This document shows positions 1 to 11,818 of a stretch of 64,000 bases of DNA, piece after piece (positions within the stretch are counted from its first letter, which is position 1; every line of letters begins with the position of its first letter). Below the pieces are notes generated by a model, which did not search any database, was not told where the DNA came from, and was given only the letters and a program-made list of their open reading frames with translations. The stretch is from Azolla caroliniana (lineage: Eukaryota; Plantae; Polypodiophyta), in contig JBHGNT010000014.1 in NCBI GenBank assembly GCA_043228905.1, forward strand, positions 14,942,001 to 15,006,000, given 5' to 3'. A program made the position numbers and the translations under genes.

Positions 1-864
1 AAAACGCAAATAAATTACACAAGAATTTAGAGTAGCTCTAGATTCAAAGCACAAAGGGACTTTCTAGAGCACAACTACTACAATATGGGTTACAATATCC
101 ACAAGTTGAAGTTATAGCCATCATCAACTTTTTCTCAATCAATTTAATGAATTTAACCACTTAATGACGTTTGAATATCGATAATGTGCTTCTAAAGAAA
201 ACATAGTTCCCAATTACAAAACCACAACATAGAAAATTTCAAAGTTTTTAGTCAAGTCTACCTTCAAATATAGCAAATATAATTATTGATGAATCATTAA
301 TTGTATGATCTTTATGTTTGCTCACTCATTGGTATAGGGCAACACGACTTCTCTCTGTCTGTCTGTTTGTCTCTCTTTTCGTAAATAATGGCTTTCATTA
401 TGAAAGAAAAAAACACCACCATCACTAACTTACTACAAAGTATAGAACCCTTCTATCTAGGGATCTAAAGAATACTACGACGCCAAACTCAATGCCACCC
501 TACACACCAATTCAAATGGCGAGTATGATGATATGTGACCTTGTAGAGTTCTCTCTTCTCTCTCTCTCTCTCACACACACACATACTATTTCATTTCAAA
601 TACTGTATTTTCGTCCATCTCCACCACCCAACATTATGCCAAAATGATTTTGTTTACACATCTATAAAATATATTGTATCGAGTATACAAAATAACCATA
701 ATGAGTGGTCAACATTGCCAAAGATGGTCAAATTCCGCCTTCCAAACAAACATTTATACATTTTCATCTCCATGATCCTCAATTGCCATGCCTACGCTAA
801 CAACTTGTGAGACAATGAATGTGATGTCATTCCTTTTAGGTGACAAGGTGAGAAGATGATAAGG

Positions 865-904
<40 letters not shown>

Positions 905-2619
905 GCATGCATGCATGTATGCACAAGATATATACTAGAGATAGTGACAAAACACATGTAATTCAAGCTTTTGTACATCAATGTAGCCAAATATTGGAAA
1001 ATATCACCAACATCAAAGTTGGTGAAGTTTCTCTTTCATGATTGGGAATAATCTTGGAAGCTTGTAAACATTGTTACAAAACTTTTTATAAATAAAAAGA
1101 GTAAAGGAGGTACGTATATGGAGAGGGAACACATCCTGCACGTAGGAGCTCACATGATGCCTCACTCTGCCACAGGTGATGCTTCACTCCTCCACACGCT
1201 CATTCCTTTTTGGTCATAATCAAGAATAAAGAAATACACAAATAAACCAACCCTCTTTGGTTCCCATCATGAAAAATAACATTTTAACGCACTTTATTCA
1301 AACAAAATGATGACAATCTGATTTGTAACTCCAAAACATCATCATAAACACATTAAAATACACAAAATATCATCATCATAATAATAATAAGTACAACACA
1401 TCTCAATACATATATGGTATATGGATTCACTCGTAGCTTTGGCATTTTGAGAAATTGTTTCTTCATTCATCAACCAAAATTCCTTTCCATGCATTCCATA
1501 ATGAGGATTTTACGAAAAAATACACCAATTTAAACATTTATATTTTTTTGGAAATTTATATATAAAAGTTGATCTATTTGTATATAGATATTTCTGGCCC
1601 ATTCATTCGAAACTCTTAATGAATGAGGAAAACTTATTTCTCCCGAATGCTACGTAGGTCCAAATGAGATGTTTGAAATGGTGCATTCATGAATGGAAAT
1701 ATTGTCAATGTGGCATAAAGTGGTTGTATTGAGCAACGTTGGGCCAAACACATTCTCGAGCCATAAAATGATTTGCTAGATGAAATGGGGTACAAGTGAT
1801 TTCTCATCATGATTTGATACGGAATGTGCACTTACTTTTTCGGCCCTACAAAATGTTGCAAGGTAAACAACAAAGTTTGAAATTTTGCCACACAAGGCTT
1901 GATCGTAACCTTGGCCTTATCCATTATGGGGTTTGGAATTTTCTAGTTGGCTACTTGATCAACATACCTTTGTTCTAATTGTCCACGCTGAAGATGTGGT
2001 GGCGTTTGTACTAGTACGTTGCATAAAAGAATAAATCAAAGTTATATAATGTTTTACTGCTTATTTTTCTAGTTCAATCCATATTTCTTTATGTTCTTCA
2101 TCCTCTTCAATGTTTGTACCTATCATTATTTTCAAAGTATATTAAGCTTTTAGTTGCTTTTCTTTTTTGTAACTACTTTACTCTATTGGCAAGTTGTTAG
2201 ATTACCAACTCTTACGGCTTTGGATTCAAAGCTTGTTTATCACTTCTTTCCTATAATTTTCTAGGGTTCACTATGGAATATAGGGTTGAATGCATGACCT
2301 CCTAGTCTCCCTCGGATAATCTTACGAAATTGAGCTATATTGATCTCTGTCCACAAGGATTACGTGCAAATGTTATATATTTTTATCTCACGGGTCATAT
2401 TTGACCACCAAAGATGATTATAAAATCTCTCTTTTGTTTTCATGAATAATGGCTATGAAAGAAAAAAAACACTATCTACTCACAACAAAGTATAGAACCC
2501 TTCTAGCGATGTAAATACTACTACTAAACTACAAACTCAATCCCTCCCTACAAACCAATTCATATGTTGAATATGATAATATGTAACCTTGCAAATTTCT
2601 CACTCTTCATGGTTGAGAT

Positions 2620-3240
2620 TTTGTGACTTCTTTAGCACTATCAATTGACACAAAAGAAGCCCTTTTAACTTGACAACATATTTTCTTACCCCAACTTTTG
2701 AATCAAAAGAGAAGGCATTCCAGATATTTTAATTGAACCATAGGCCCCAATACTTCAAAAACTCAAAAATAATTTGGGAATGAGTCATCAATTCATTGTT
2801 CTCCATATGTGCAAAAACCCAACTAAATGAAGATAGTCTTACTCCGATTAAACATCCAAACAAAATGATACACTTCCAAACCATTCTAGCCATCAAGCTT
2901 GAAAGAAAATGATGTCTACCATGTTCCAATTCCACTGAACAAAAGAAACACATTCCTCTAGGATTGTTTCTTTTATTCAATACATCCCCTAATGATAAAG
3001 CTCTAACCATAACTCTCCAAAGGAATACCTTAACTCGTAGAATTAATCGAGAACACCAGCCTGCCTTGATCACACGAAACCACCAGGGAGTGGGCTTACG
3101 AAAACCTCATACCTTTATAACCCTTTCTTCCACCCACTTATGTTATCCAAATAACCTTTGATATTATGCATAATCTCTATCCAAATTCCATAATTTATAT
3201 AGGCAAGTCTTTTAATCACATTTTGGAATACCTTCAAACA
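2620..3240 (-). mobile_element. Degraded L1-type LINE 3' fragment (zf-RVT region)
   Basis: ORF 2729-3073(-) reads RVKVFLWRVMVRALSLGDVLNKRNNPRGMCFFCSVELEHGRHHF, the KxFxW...CxxC...ExxxH pattern of the zf-RVT domain in plant L1 ORF2. Boundaries are approximate. Confidence 0.7.
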
Positions 3241-3494
3241 TATAGCTTTCCAAATATACCAAATTGTGATACTAACCAATTGCTATGTTCCAAGTTTTTT
3301 ACATCACACAATGTCTCATAACAAGAGCATTTGTAACATTGTCTTGTTGAAATACCATTGGTTGTTCAATAGTAATGTATTTATTATGAAATTACAATCC
3401 TATCAACTCATCACAAAATCATCTAGAGTTCCCATGACATCCCTCATCTCTAGGCACATTGTTATGAACTATGTCATAGACAATGCAAATAACG

Positions 3495-3953
3495 CGTAGG
3501 ATACCAAGTAGGTTTGAATATTTCTTCAGAAATTCAGGTTGCTTCTTTGCTATTGAAAATCAACAAAAAACTATTGTTTTGGAGTAAAGATAAACTATCA
3601 TTTGCGGGTAGAGTGATAGTAGTTAATCAAGTTTTGTTGTCTAGCCTCTGGTATATTATGTCATGTTGGAGTTTTTCCATATCATGTATGGGACAATTAC
3701 AAAGATTGATCCATAATTATTTGTGGTCTAGTAATCATGGAAGCCATGACAGGGCAAAGGTCTCTTGGTCTACAATTATTAAGCCATTGGGTCAGGGAGG
3801 ATTAGGGATTGTAGATTCATTGCAACAGTCCAAAGTTTTGATTGCAAAATTAGTGATTTGGGGATTGTTGCCAGGATCAAAAACTTTGAAGCAATTGTTG
3901 TTTTATGAATTGCAAACGTTTTGTCCCAAAACTGGTTGGGATTGGAGGCCTAG
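3495..3953 (+). mobile_element. L1-type LINE ORF2 fragment, left half (interrupted by Copia A)
   Basis: ORF 3514-3972 has the post-RT L1 motifs LSFAGRVIVVNQVLLSSLWY and KVSWSTIIKPLGQGGLGI. The sequence resumes at 26333 after TSD CCTAG. Confidence 0.85.
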
Positions 3954-3994
3954 TGTAAAGAATCGGATATGATTCTGTGTAGTGGAAAAGATAT

Positions 3995-4062
<68 letters not shown>

Positions 4063-4437
4063 CGAGGAGATGAGAGGAGAGGAGAGAGACACAAGATAGA
4101 TAAGAGAAAATGAAGCACTCAAGAAGATGTATATTAACAAGGAGAATATGATGTACAAAAATGTAGCATTACAAGGGAGGACAACCGATACTTTATGAAG
4201 TAGGAGGAGGCTTTATGGAACTCACTACAATGCCCACTTTCTCTCTAGAACCCTGGGGAATGTGAAGACTCATTACTCATGTGGAATATGGAACTCATTA
4301 GTCATGTGTCATAGAATATGATTCTATGACACATAGTTAATGTGTAGAGAGTAGTGGTGACTTTTGACCTTTGAGTGCTCATAGATTCTCAAAGGGTGTG
4401 TTCACACACTAGACTAGGTAGAGCTTGATTCTCAACA
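3954..4437 (-). repeat. 3' LTR of Copia A, with expanded (GT)n microsatellite
   Basis: TGTAAAGAATCGG...TTCTCAACA matches 25881-26332; long (GT)n tract at about 3995-4061. Confidence 0.95.
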
Positions 4438-5635
4438 CACCCCCTCAAGCTCAACTCGGGTCGGTTCCTTTCGGTTGATGTCTGCGTCGACTGGTATCCA
4501 GTTCAGATAGTATCCGGTTCTCTCTTGCTTGATGTCCGATTCGGCTGGTACCTGGTTCAGACAGTATCCGGTTCTTTATTGTACTTCCCCTCAAGCTTGG
4601 CAAGTCAGAGATCATCAATCCAAGGTCTCACATGTATTGCCGAAGCTTGTTGGCTCCTAAGGCTTTGGTGAAGATGTCAGTTGTCTGAAGATTTGTGTTG
4701 ATGTGTTGAAGGCCGACATCTCTAGTCTAAATGCGCTCTTGGATGAAGGGATACTGCACTTCAATATGTTTCTTGCGTGCATGGAACACTAGGTTCCGTG
4801 CCAAATAAATACTGCTCATGTTGTCACAGTAAAGGGGAGTCAGATCTTTGATGGGAACGCCCAGATCCTTCAAAATCCTCTTGAGCCATACAACTTCATA
4901 TACAACCACAACCGCACCCCTTTATTCGGCCTCTGTGCTTGAAAGTGCAACATTCGATTGCGTCTTGCTACTCCAGGATATTCCTCCATTGTCGAGGGAG
5001 AAAACAAATCCGGAGGTTGGCTCTCTAGCCGGCCCAGTCGGCATATGTGTACCCCTCGAGTCGAATTGGTGTGGCCGATTTGTAGAGAATGTCACAATCC
5101 ATTGTGCTACTCACGTATCATAACACTCACTTAACGCAATACAAGTGAATGTCACGTGGTTTTTGCATAAATTGGCTAAGGAGACCGATCGGGTAGCTAA
5201 GGTCGGGTTGAGTGATCGTGAGATAGATGAGGCTCCCGATTAGTTGTCGATACTAAGTTGGCTCACACTCTTCTATGCCGGGGTCGGCATCCAGTTTGAG
5301 GTTTCGATCGAGAGGGACTGCCACATATTTGCACTCAGTCATTCCGAACTTGTATAACAAGTTGAGGATGTAGTGCCATTAGGAGTTCATAATGCTGGAT
5401 GGAGTTTGAATTACCTCGATGCCAAGGAAGTAATGGAGCTCCTTCATGTCTGTCATCTCGAATTTACCGGAGAGGAGGGATTTGACCTTGTTGATGTCGA
5501 CTAGATTTTCACCTCCAATGACTAGATCATCCACATATAGGATGATGACAATCAGACTTCCAAAATCACTTCTTATGTAGAGGGAGTTGTTGGATTTTGA
5601 CATTCTAAAGCCGATATTGTGTTATCTTCGAAGGC

Positions 5636-5805
5636 CAAGCATGTGGTGCTTGCTTAAGGCCGTAGAGTGGCTTGTTTAATAGATAGGCTGCTTTCGGATG
5701 GGTGCTCAATTCGAAGCCGAGTGGTTGTACCATGTACACCTCCTCTTCTAATTCTCCTTGAAGAAATGCGTTCTTGACATCCATTTGATGGAGGTGTTGT
5801 GCGGA
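5636..5805. repeat. 170-bp direct repeat flanking Copia B (second copy 10779-10948)
   Basis: CAAGCATGTGG...GAGGTGTTGTGCGGA occurs on both sides of B, with 2 substitutions by eye. Confidence 0.9.
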
Positions 5806-6020
5806 GAGGGGCAGATCTATGCTCTGATACCATAAAGAAATATGAGAAAGCACATTTGTTTAGTAATATACATTGGTAGGAGGGAGAAAAATACAGAGAT
5901 CTCTTCTATTTACATGAGGATAAAATCCCTCTTTATAAAGGCCAAGATCTGGCCGTTGGGCTAACTAACTGTTGAAACTAACTAGCCGTTATAACTTTTA
6001 AACATTCTCAACACTCCCCC

Positions 6021-9000
6021 TCAAGATGGGAGAAAAATATCCACTAAGCCCATCTTGTCACACAATCTAGTAAGACTTACTAGCCCAAGTCCCTTTGTAA
6101 GACAATCTGCTACTTGATGTTCAGTAGAAACATGACTCAATTTTAATATTCCATTATCAAGCTTTTCCTTGATAAAGAACCTGTCGATTTCGATGTGTTT
6201 GGTCCTATCGTGCTGTACCGGATTGTTGGCAATGCTGATTGCTGACTTATTGTCACACCACAACATCATCTGATTTTCTTGATTCACCTTTAGTTCTACT
6301 AGGAGAGTTCACAACCATAACATCTCCGCAACTCCTATAGCAATAGCTCTATACTCTGCTTCGGATGTTGACCTTGCTACTATTGATTGTTTCTTTCTCT
6401 TCCAAGAGACCAGATTGCCTCCAACAAACATGTAGTATCCTGATGTGGATTTCCTGTCATCAGCACAACTGGCCCAATCAGAATCACAATAGCCCTCAGT
6501 GTTAAAATGACCATGTTTTCTGAAGATTAATCCCTTCCCTGGGACACCTTTGAGATATCTCAGAATATGGTACACTGCATCCATATGATCTTTCCTCGGA
6601 TCATGCATGTAGCGACTTACCACACTTACTGCAAATGAGATATCTGGACGGGTGTGGGTCAAATAAATCAGCCGACCTACCAATCTTTGATACCTTTCAC
6701 GATCAACTTTCTCTCCCGCAAGTTCAGTTAGCTTGATCTTTTGGTCGATTGGAGAAGCTACAGGCCTACAACCCAACATTCCAGTTTCTTTGAGAAGATC
6801 TAGTACATATTTCCGCTGAGATAGAACAACTCATTCTGCTCCACGAGCTACCTCAATTCCAAGAAAGTATCGTAGCAATCCTAGATCCTTCACCTCAAAC
6901 TCTTTATCCAATTGCATCTTCAGTTGGGCAATTTCTCCTTCATCATTACCCGTGATAATTATATCATCCACATACACAGTAAGCAATGTAGTATGCTCCT
7001 TGTGTTGTCGAAAGAACACTGCATGGTTTGCATTCGTCTGTTGGTATCCCATACCCACCATAGCCTTTCTTAACCTATCGAACCAGGCTCGAGGAGATTG
7101 TTTCAGTCCATAAAGCGACTTCCTAAGTTTGCAAATCTTACATATTGTTTGAATTGTACCGAAACCTGGGGGAACATCCATGTACACTTCCTCCATCAAC
7201 TCTCCATGAAGGAATGCATTTTTTACATCTAATTGATGTAATTTCCAATCCTTATTCACTACTAAGGAAATAAGTGTTTTAACAGTGCTCATCTTTGCCA
7301 CAAGTGCAAAAGTCTCATCATAGTCAATGCCATATGTCTGACTATATCCTTTAGCCACCAATCGTGCCTTGTATCGATCTATTTTTCCCTCTGGGGTCTG
7401 TTTTATTGTAAACACCCATTTGCACCCAACCGCCTTCTTTCCTAGTGGTAGTGACACAATCTCCCAAGTTTTGTTCTTCTCAAGAGCTCCGAGTTCTTCT
7501 TGCATGGCTGCTTTCCATTTTGGATCTTCTTTAGCAACCTGCCAACACTTGGGTAAAGTGACAGAGTCTAATGATTTTTAGGTTCGGGAGTTATGTAGGT
7601 ATTTTAGAAGTCGAGGCAAGTCGAGACATGGAACTTGATGGCACATGTGGTGCTGAAGACGTGTTCACATTTCTGTCTTTCTGCCTCCTCTTCCTTGTAT
7701 ACACCTTTAGCTCCCCCTCAACTTGAGTCCCAACACATATAGGCTCCTCGTCTTCGTTTCCTTCTTCTTCCATACCTCCTACGCTCACTTGTTTCTCAGC
7801 TGATGTAAGGATCAACAAAGGAATTGATCCTATTTTTAGCAACCTCTCACAATTATCTCCTTCCCTCATTTTTTCAGTCTGAATTAAGTCATCAAAGGGT
7901 GAAGTTACCCCTTGTTTATAATATGGCTCTGACTCTTTGAAACGCACATCCATGCTCACAAATAATCTCTTCTCTACTGGACTCCAACAAACATAGCCTT
8001 TTTGTGTGGCAGAGTATCCCACAAATACACATTTTACAGCTTTAGGATCAAGTTTTCCTATAGATGGTCTATTGTCCTTTACAAAACACACACATCCAAA
8101 CACCTTCAAAGGAAGGATTCCAGAGTTATTGCCTTGCAACAACTCACATGGAGACTTCCACTCCAATACTCTAGAGGGCATTCTATTGATCAATGTGGCA
8201 GCCATCAAAATTGCCTGTCCCCACAACTGCTTTGGGACATTCATAGAAATCATCATGCTTCTCGTTACCTCTAGAAGATGTCTATTCTTCCTCTCTGCTA
8301 CTCCATTTTGTTCTGGTGTATATGGGCATGTAGTTTGATGTTGTATTCCTTGATCTGAGAGGTATGCCCTAAATCTCATGTTAGCATACTCTGTTCCATT
8401 ATCAGACCTCAACACTTTTCCTATTGCACCATATTGAGTTTGAACTGCTTTATGAAAATCTTTAAAGCAAGCAAATACTTCATTCTTTTTTCTCATCAAA
8501 TATAACCATGTCACATGAGAGAAGCAGTCAATGAAAGAGACAAAATATCGATATCCATTAATAGAACTTGTGGGACATGGTCCCCAAACATCGGAGTGTA
8601 TTACATCAAATGCATGGGAACTCCTATTACCTGAACTAGCATATGAACTTTTAGTAAGCTTACCAAATTCACATGCATCACAAACAAGTTTTGTTTTATC
8701 CGCCTTTTCAAAAAGGTGTGGATACACCCGACTCAAAATGCCATAAGAGGCATGTCCCATGCATTGGTGGTGAAGTATTAACAAGTCCTCATAACTCATT
8801 TTAGATCCCCTTATATCTATTCCCTCTACCATAGATGCTAATGCTGAATCCAACCCTTCACGATCCAAATACCATAGTCCACTATGCCATGTGCCAGTCC
8901 CAAGTCTCCGACCTGTCCCTTTCTCCTGGAATATCACCTTGGGAATATCAAAAGAAACAACACATTTTAGTTGGTGTATGATAGAACTTATAGATAATAA

Positions 9001-10386
9001 GTTTACTGGGAAAGAAGGAGCATGCAACACATTAGACAATGTCATAGAGTCGGTACATTTTACTGTACCTATACCCACTACAGGTTGTGTAGTACCGTCA
9101 GCAATTTGAATGCTTTTTGGCATTGCTAAGTGAGTATACGAGGAGAATTCACTAGCATTACCCGTCACATGCCTAGATGCACCAGAATCAATTATCCATT
9201 CTGGTGTAGAGGCAAGAGTATTTGTGTTGCTAGTACTTGTGGCCGAATAAGCATAGGTGGCAGTGTTACCTCTTGACATGAATGAAGTATCATCTGCGGC
9301 TCTTTGCTTCCTCCTAAGTATTTCTAAGATAGCTTGATCCTCTTCGGTGAACACCACCTTAGTTCCTTCCTCTTCTTTTGCTACCATCAAGTTTGCTTGG
9401 TAACCTCCTCTTGCACCTCTTCGGCCCCCTCAACCACGACCTCTAGTTTGTCCATGTCCTCCATATTCTCTCTCCTTAGATGGTTTAGGGCAAGCATTCT
9501 TGAAATGACCAGCTTCACCACAATTGTAGCAATATCGATTTTCACTTCCGCTTGAATTTGACACCATTAGTGCCGATCGCACCCCTGGAAGTCCGGTAGT
9601 GTCAGAGAGCAGCTTCATTCTACTCTCCTCTTGTATCATAGTCGCGATTGCCTCATCAAGTGTAGGAATTTCAGCCTTGGCTAGAAGAACTGCCCTTCTT
9701 TGATCAAATGACGGGTTGAGATGTTTCAAAAATTGCATAGTTCTTCTTTGAGCAGAAATTTCCTTGCTCTTACACTGAGGATCATTGCACACTGTCACAG
9801 GCGAGAAATGATCGTATTCTGCCCATAGGCGCTCCAACTCTATGGCATATTCCTGAATCATCCTATCTCCCTGGCAAACAACATCTATCTCTTGCTCGAT
9901 TTGAAATACTCTCATGTTGTTTCCCCTCCCTGCATACGTCTTTTGCAATTTCTCCCATATCTCCTTCACACTTAAAATTCCATCAACTGTTGTGGCGATT
10001 GATGGAATCATGGAATTGAGTTGCCACGTGTACAATGACATGTGGGTAGCTCTCCATGCTTTCCATTCATTGCTCGTTTTGATAGGAGGCTCTTTCTCTT
10101 CTCCTGTAAGGTAGCCGTCAAGGCTTCTCCCTGCCAAGGCACCTATAATCCGACGCGACCAGCTCAAGTATGTGGCTGGTCCATCGAGTTTGAACTCAAC
10201 TGGGAGGAGTTCAAGTCGGGGTGGTGGTTGTATTCCTGTCACACCTCCAAATGCTACAATCTCAGCCTGTTTCATGTATTTCACCAATGTTTTCACCTCA
10301 TCTTCGTTCAATTTTGAGAACACATCATCCATCTTGTCAAGTTGGCCTATCTCTACTTTCCTCTTCTGACTTTTTTCCCAAGTCAC
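6021..10386 (-). pseudogene. Copia B gag-pol polyprotein, interrupted
   Basis: Gag with CCHC knuckle (CYNCGEAGHFKNAC), protease WIIDSGAS, integrase (TPEQNGVAERKNRH), RT (YVDDII), RNase H (DSDWA, KHIEIDRFF). Three in-frame TGA stops (9430, 6831, 6309) and a frame break with probable deletion near 7560-7600. Confidence 0.9.
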
Positions 10387-10489
10387 CTCTCAATCACATA
10401 GCAATGTCATCCCAAATGAAACAAAAAAAAAAAATCCCCCTTTCCTCTCCTGAATGCTAGGACAGTGTTGTTCCAATCACTGCCAGTAG

Positions 10490-10573
10490 AAGGGTAGATG
10501 TAGGGTTCTGTAGAGGGTAGATGTAGGGTTTTGCAGAGGGTAGATCTAGGGTTTTGCAGAGGGGCGGATCTAT
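10490..10573. repeat. About 23-bp tandem repeat in the Copia B leader, next to the PBS
   Basis: About 3.5 copies of AGGGTAGATGTAGGGTTTTGCAG-like units. Confidence 0.75.
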
Positions 10574-11186
10574 GCTCTGATACCATAAAGAAATATGAGA
10601 AAGCACATTTGTTCAATAATATACATTGGGATGAGGGAGAAAAATACAGAGATCTCTTCTATTTACATGAGGAGAAAATCCCTCTTTATAAAGGCCAAGA
10701 TCTGGCCGTTGGCCTAACTAGCTGTTGAAACTAACTAGCCGTTGGGCTAGCCGTTATAACTTTTAAACATTCTCAACACAAGCATGTGGTGCTTGCTTAA
10801 GGCCGTAGAGTGGCTTGTTTAATAGATAGGCTGCTTTCGGATGGGTGCTCAATTCGAAGCCGAGTGGTTTTACCATGTACACCTCCTCTTCTAATTCGCC
10901 TTGAAGAAATGCGTTCTTGACATCCATTTGATGGAGGTGTTGTGCGGAAATAACGTTGGCCACAACCGAGTCTTCAACAAGGAATAGAACAGATCAAACT
11001 AAAACCGAGATGACACTGGATGTTTATGTAGAAACCCTAAATGGGAAAAACCACGGGAGCCCACAAACGCCAACTATCACTATGAGGGGAGGAATACAAT
11101 GTGAGACTTAGAGGCAATGACCTCGAGCTCTATGTCTTCGCCAACCGGTGGTTACAACAGAAATCGTTCTGTGTGTGTGTGTGTGT

Positions 11187-11237
<51 letters not shown>

Positions 11238-11312
11238 ACTGTGTACACACTCTATTACACATCCTACATAAAGTGATTTCCCTAAGTCATATTTATACTT
11301 ATATGACTTTAG

Positions 11313-11771
11313 TGTTAGTAACGAGTGCGGTTTGTAGAAACGTGTGTGCATCTGTTGTTGGTTCTGAACAACAAACAACGCAGACCGAAAAATAGAATGG
11401 GCGTGGACTTACACAGTGCAAGCTCTAATGGAAATCTTTATTGCTTCGTTCTCACTCTCTCTCAGAGATACAATACATAGACACTTCGTCTCTTTGTCAC
11501 TCGTCATTCTATACAATGTTAGGTATTCGCTTATATACTGTTGAGTCACAAGCTCAACGTTGGGTGTGTAAAACATTACGCATAACGTAAACCGCGAGAC
11601 CGTTGGAAAGATATTCCGCGTAGGAATATATTTTGGAAGTTAGTGTAGAGCTCAGTTATGAGCATTGAAGTACGTGTCAGTACTTCTGTTAGTCCGTATG
11701 GACTTGTATAAAAGTGCTCACTGAGCACATCCTATGTACAGATTGAGTATTATTTTGAATTGAGTTTTGTG

Positions 11772-11818
<47 letters not shown>

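Larger units (their letters stand above)
5806..10778 (-). mobile_element. Ty1/Copia LTR retrotransposon B (short LTRs, Ale-like), nearly intact
   Basis: LTRs 5833-6013 and 10586-10778; iMet PBS 10574-10585 plus a second PBS copy at 5821-5832; PPT 6014-6024; long gag and pol ORFs. The Ale assignment is an inference from LTR length and motifs. Confidence 0.93.

Noticed and set aside
754-1041. Short ORFs with ERERER/LSLSLS tracts (also HTHTHT at 3877-4158)
   Set aside because: They are translations of (CT)n and (GT)n microsatellites, not genes.
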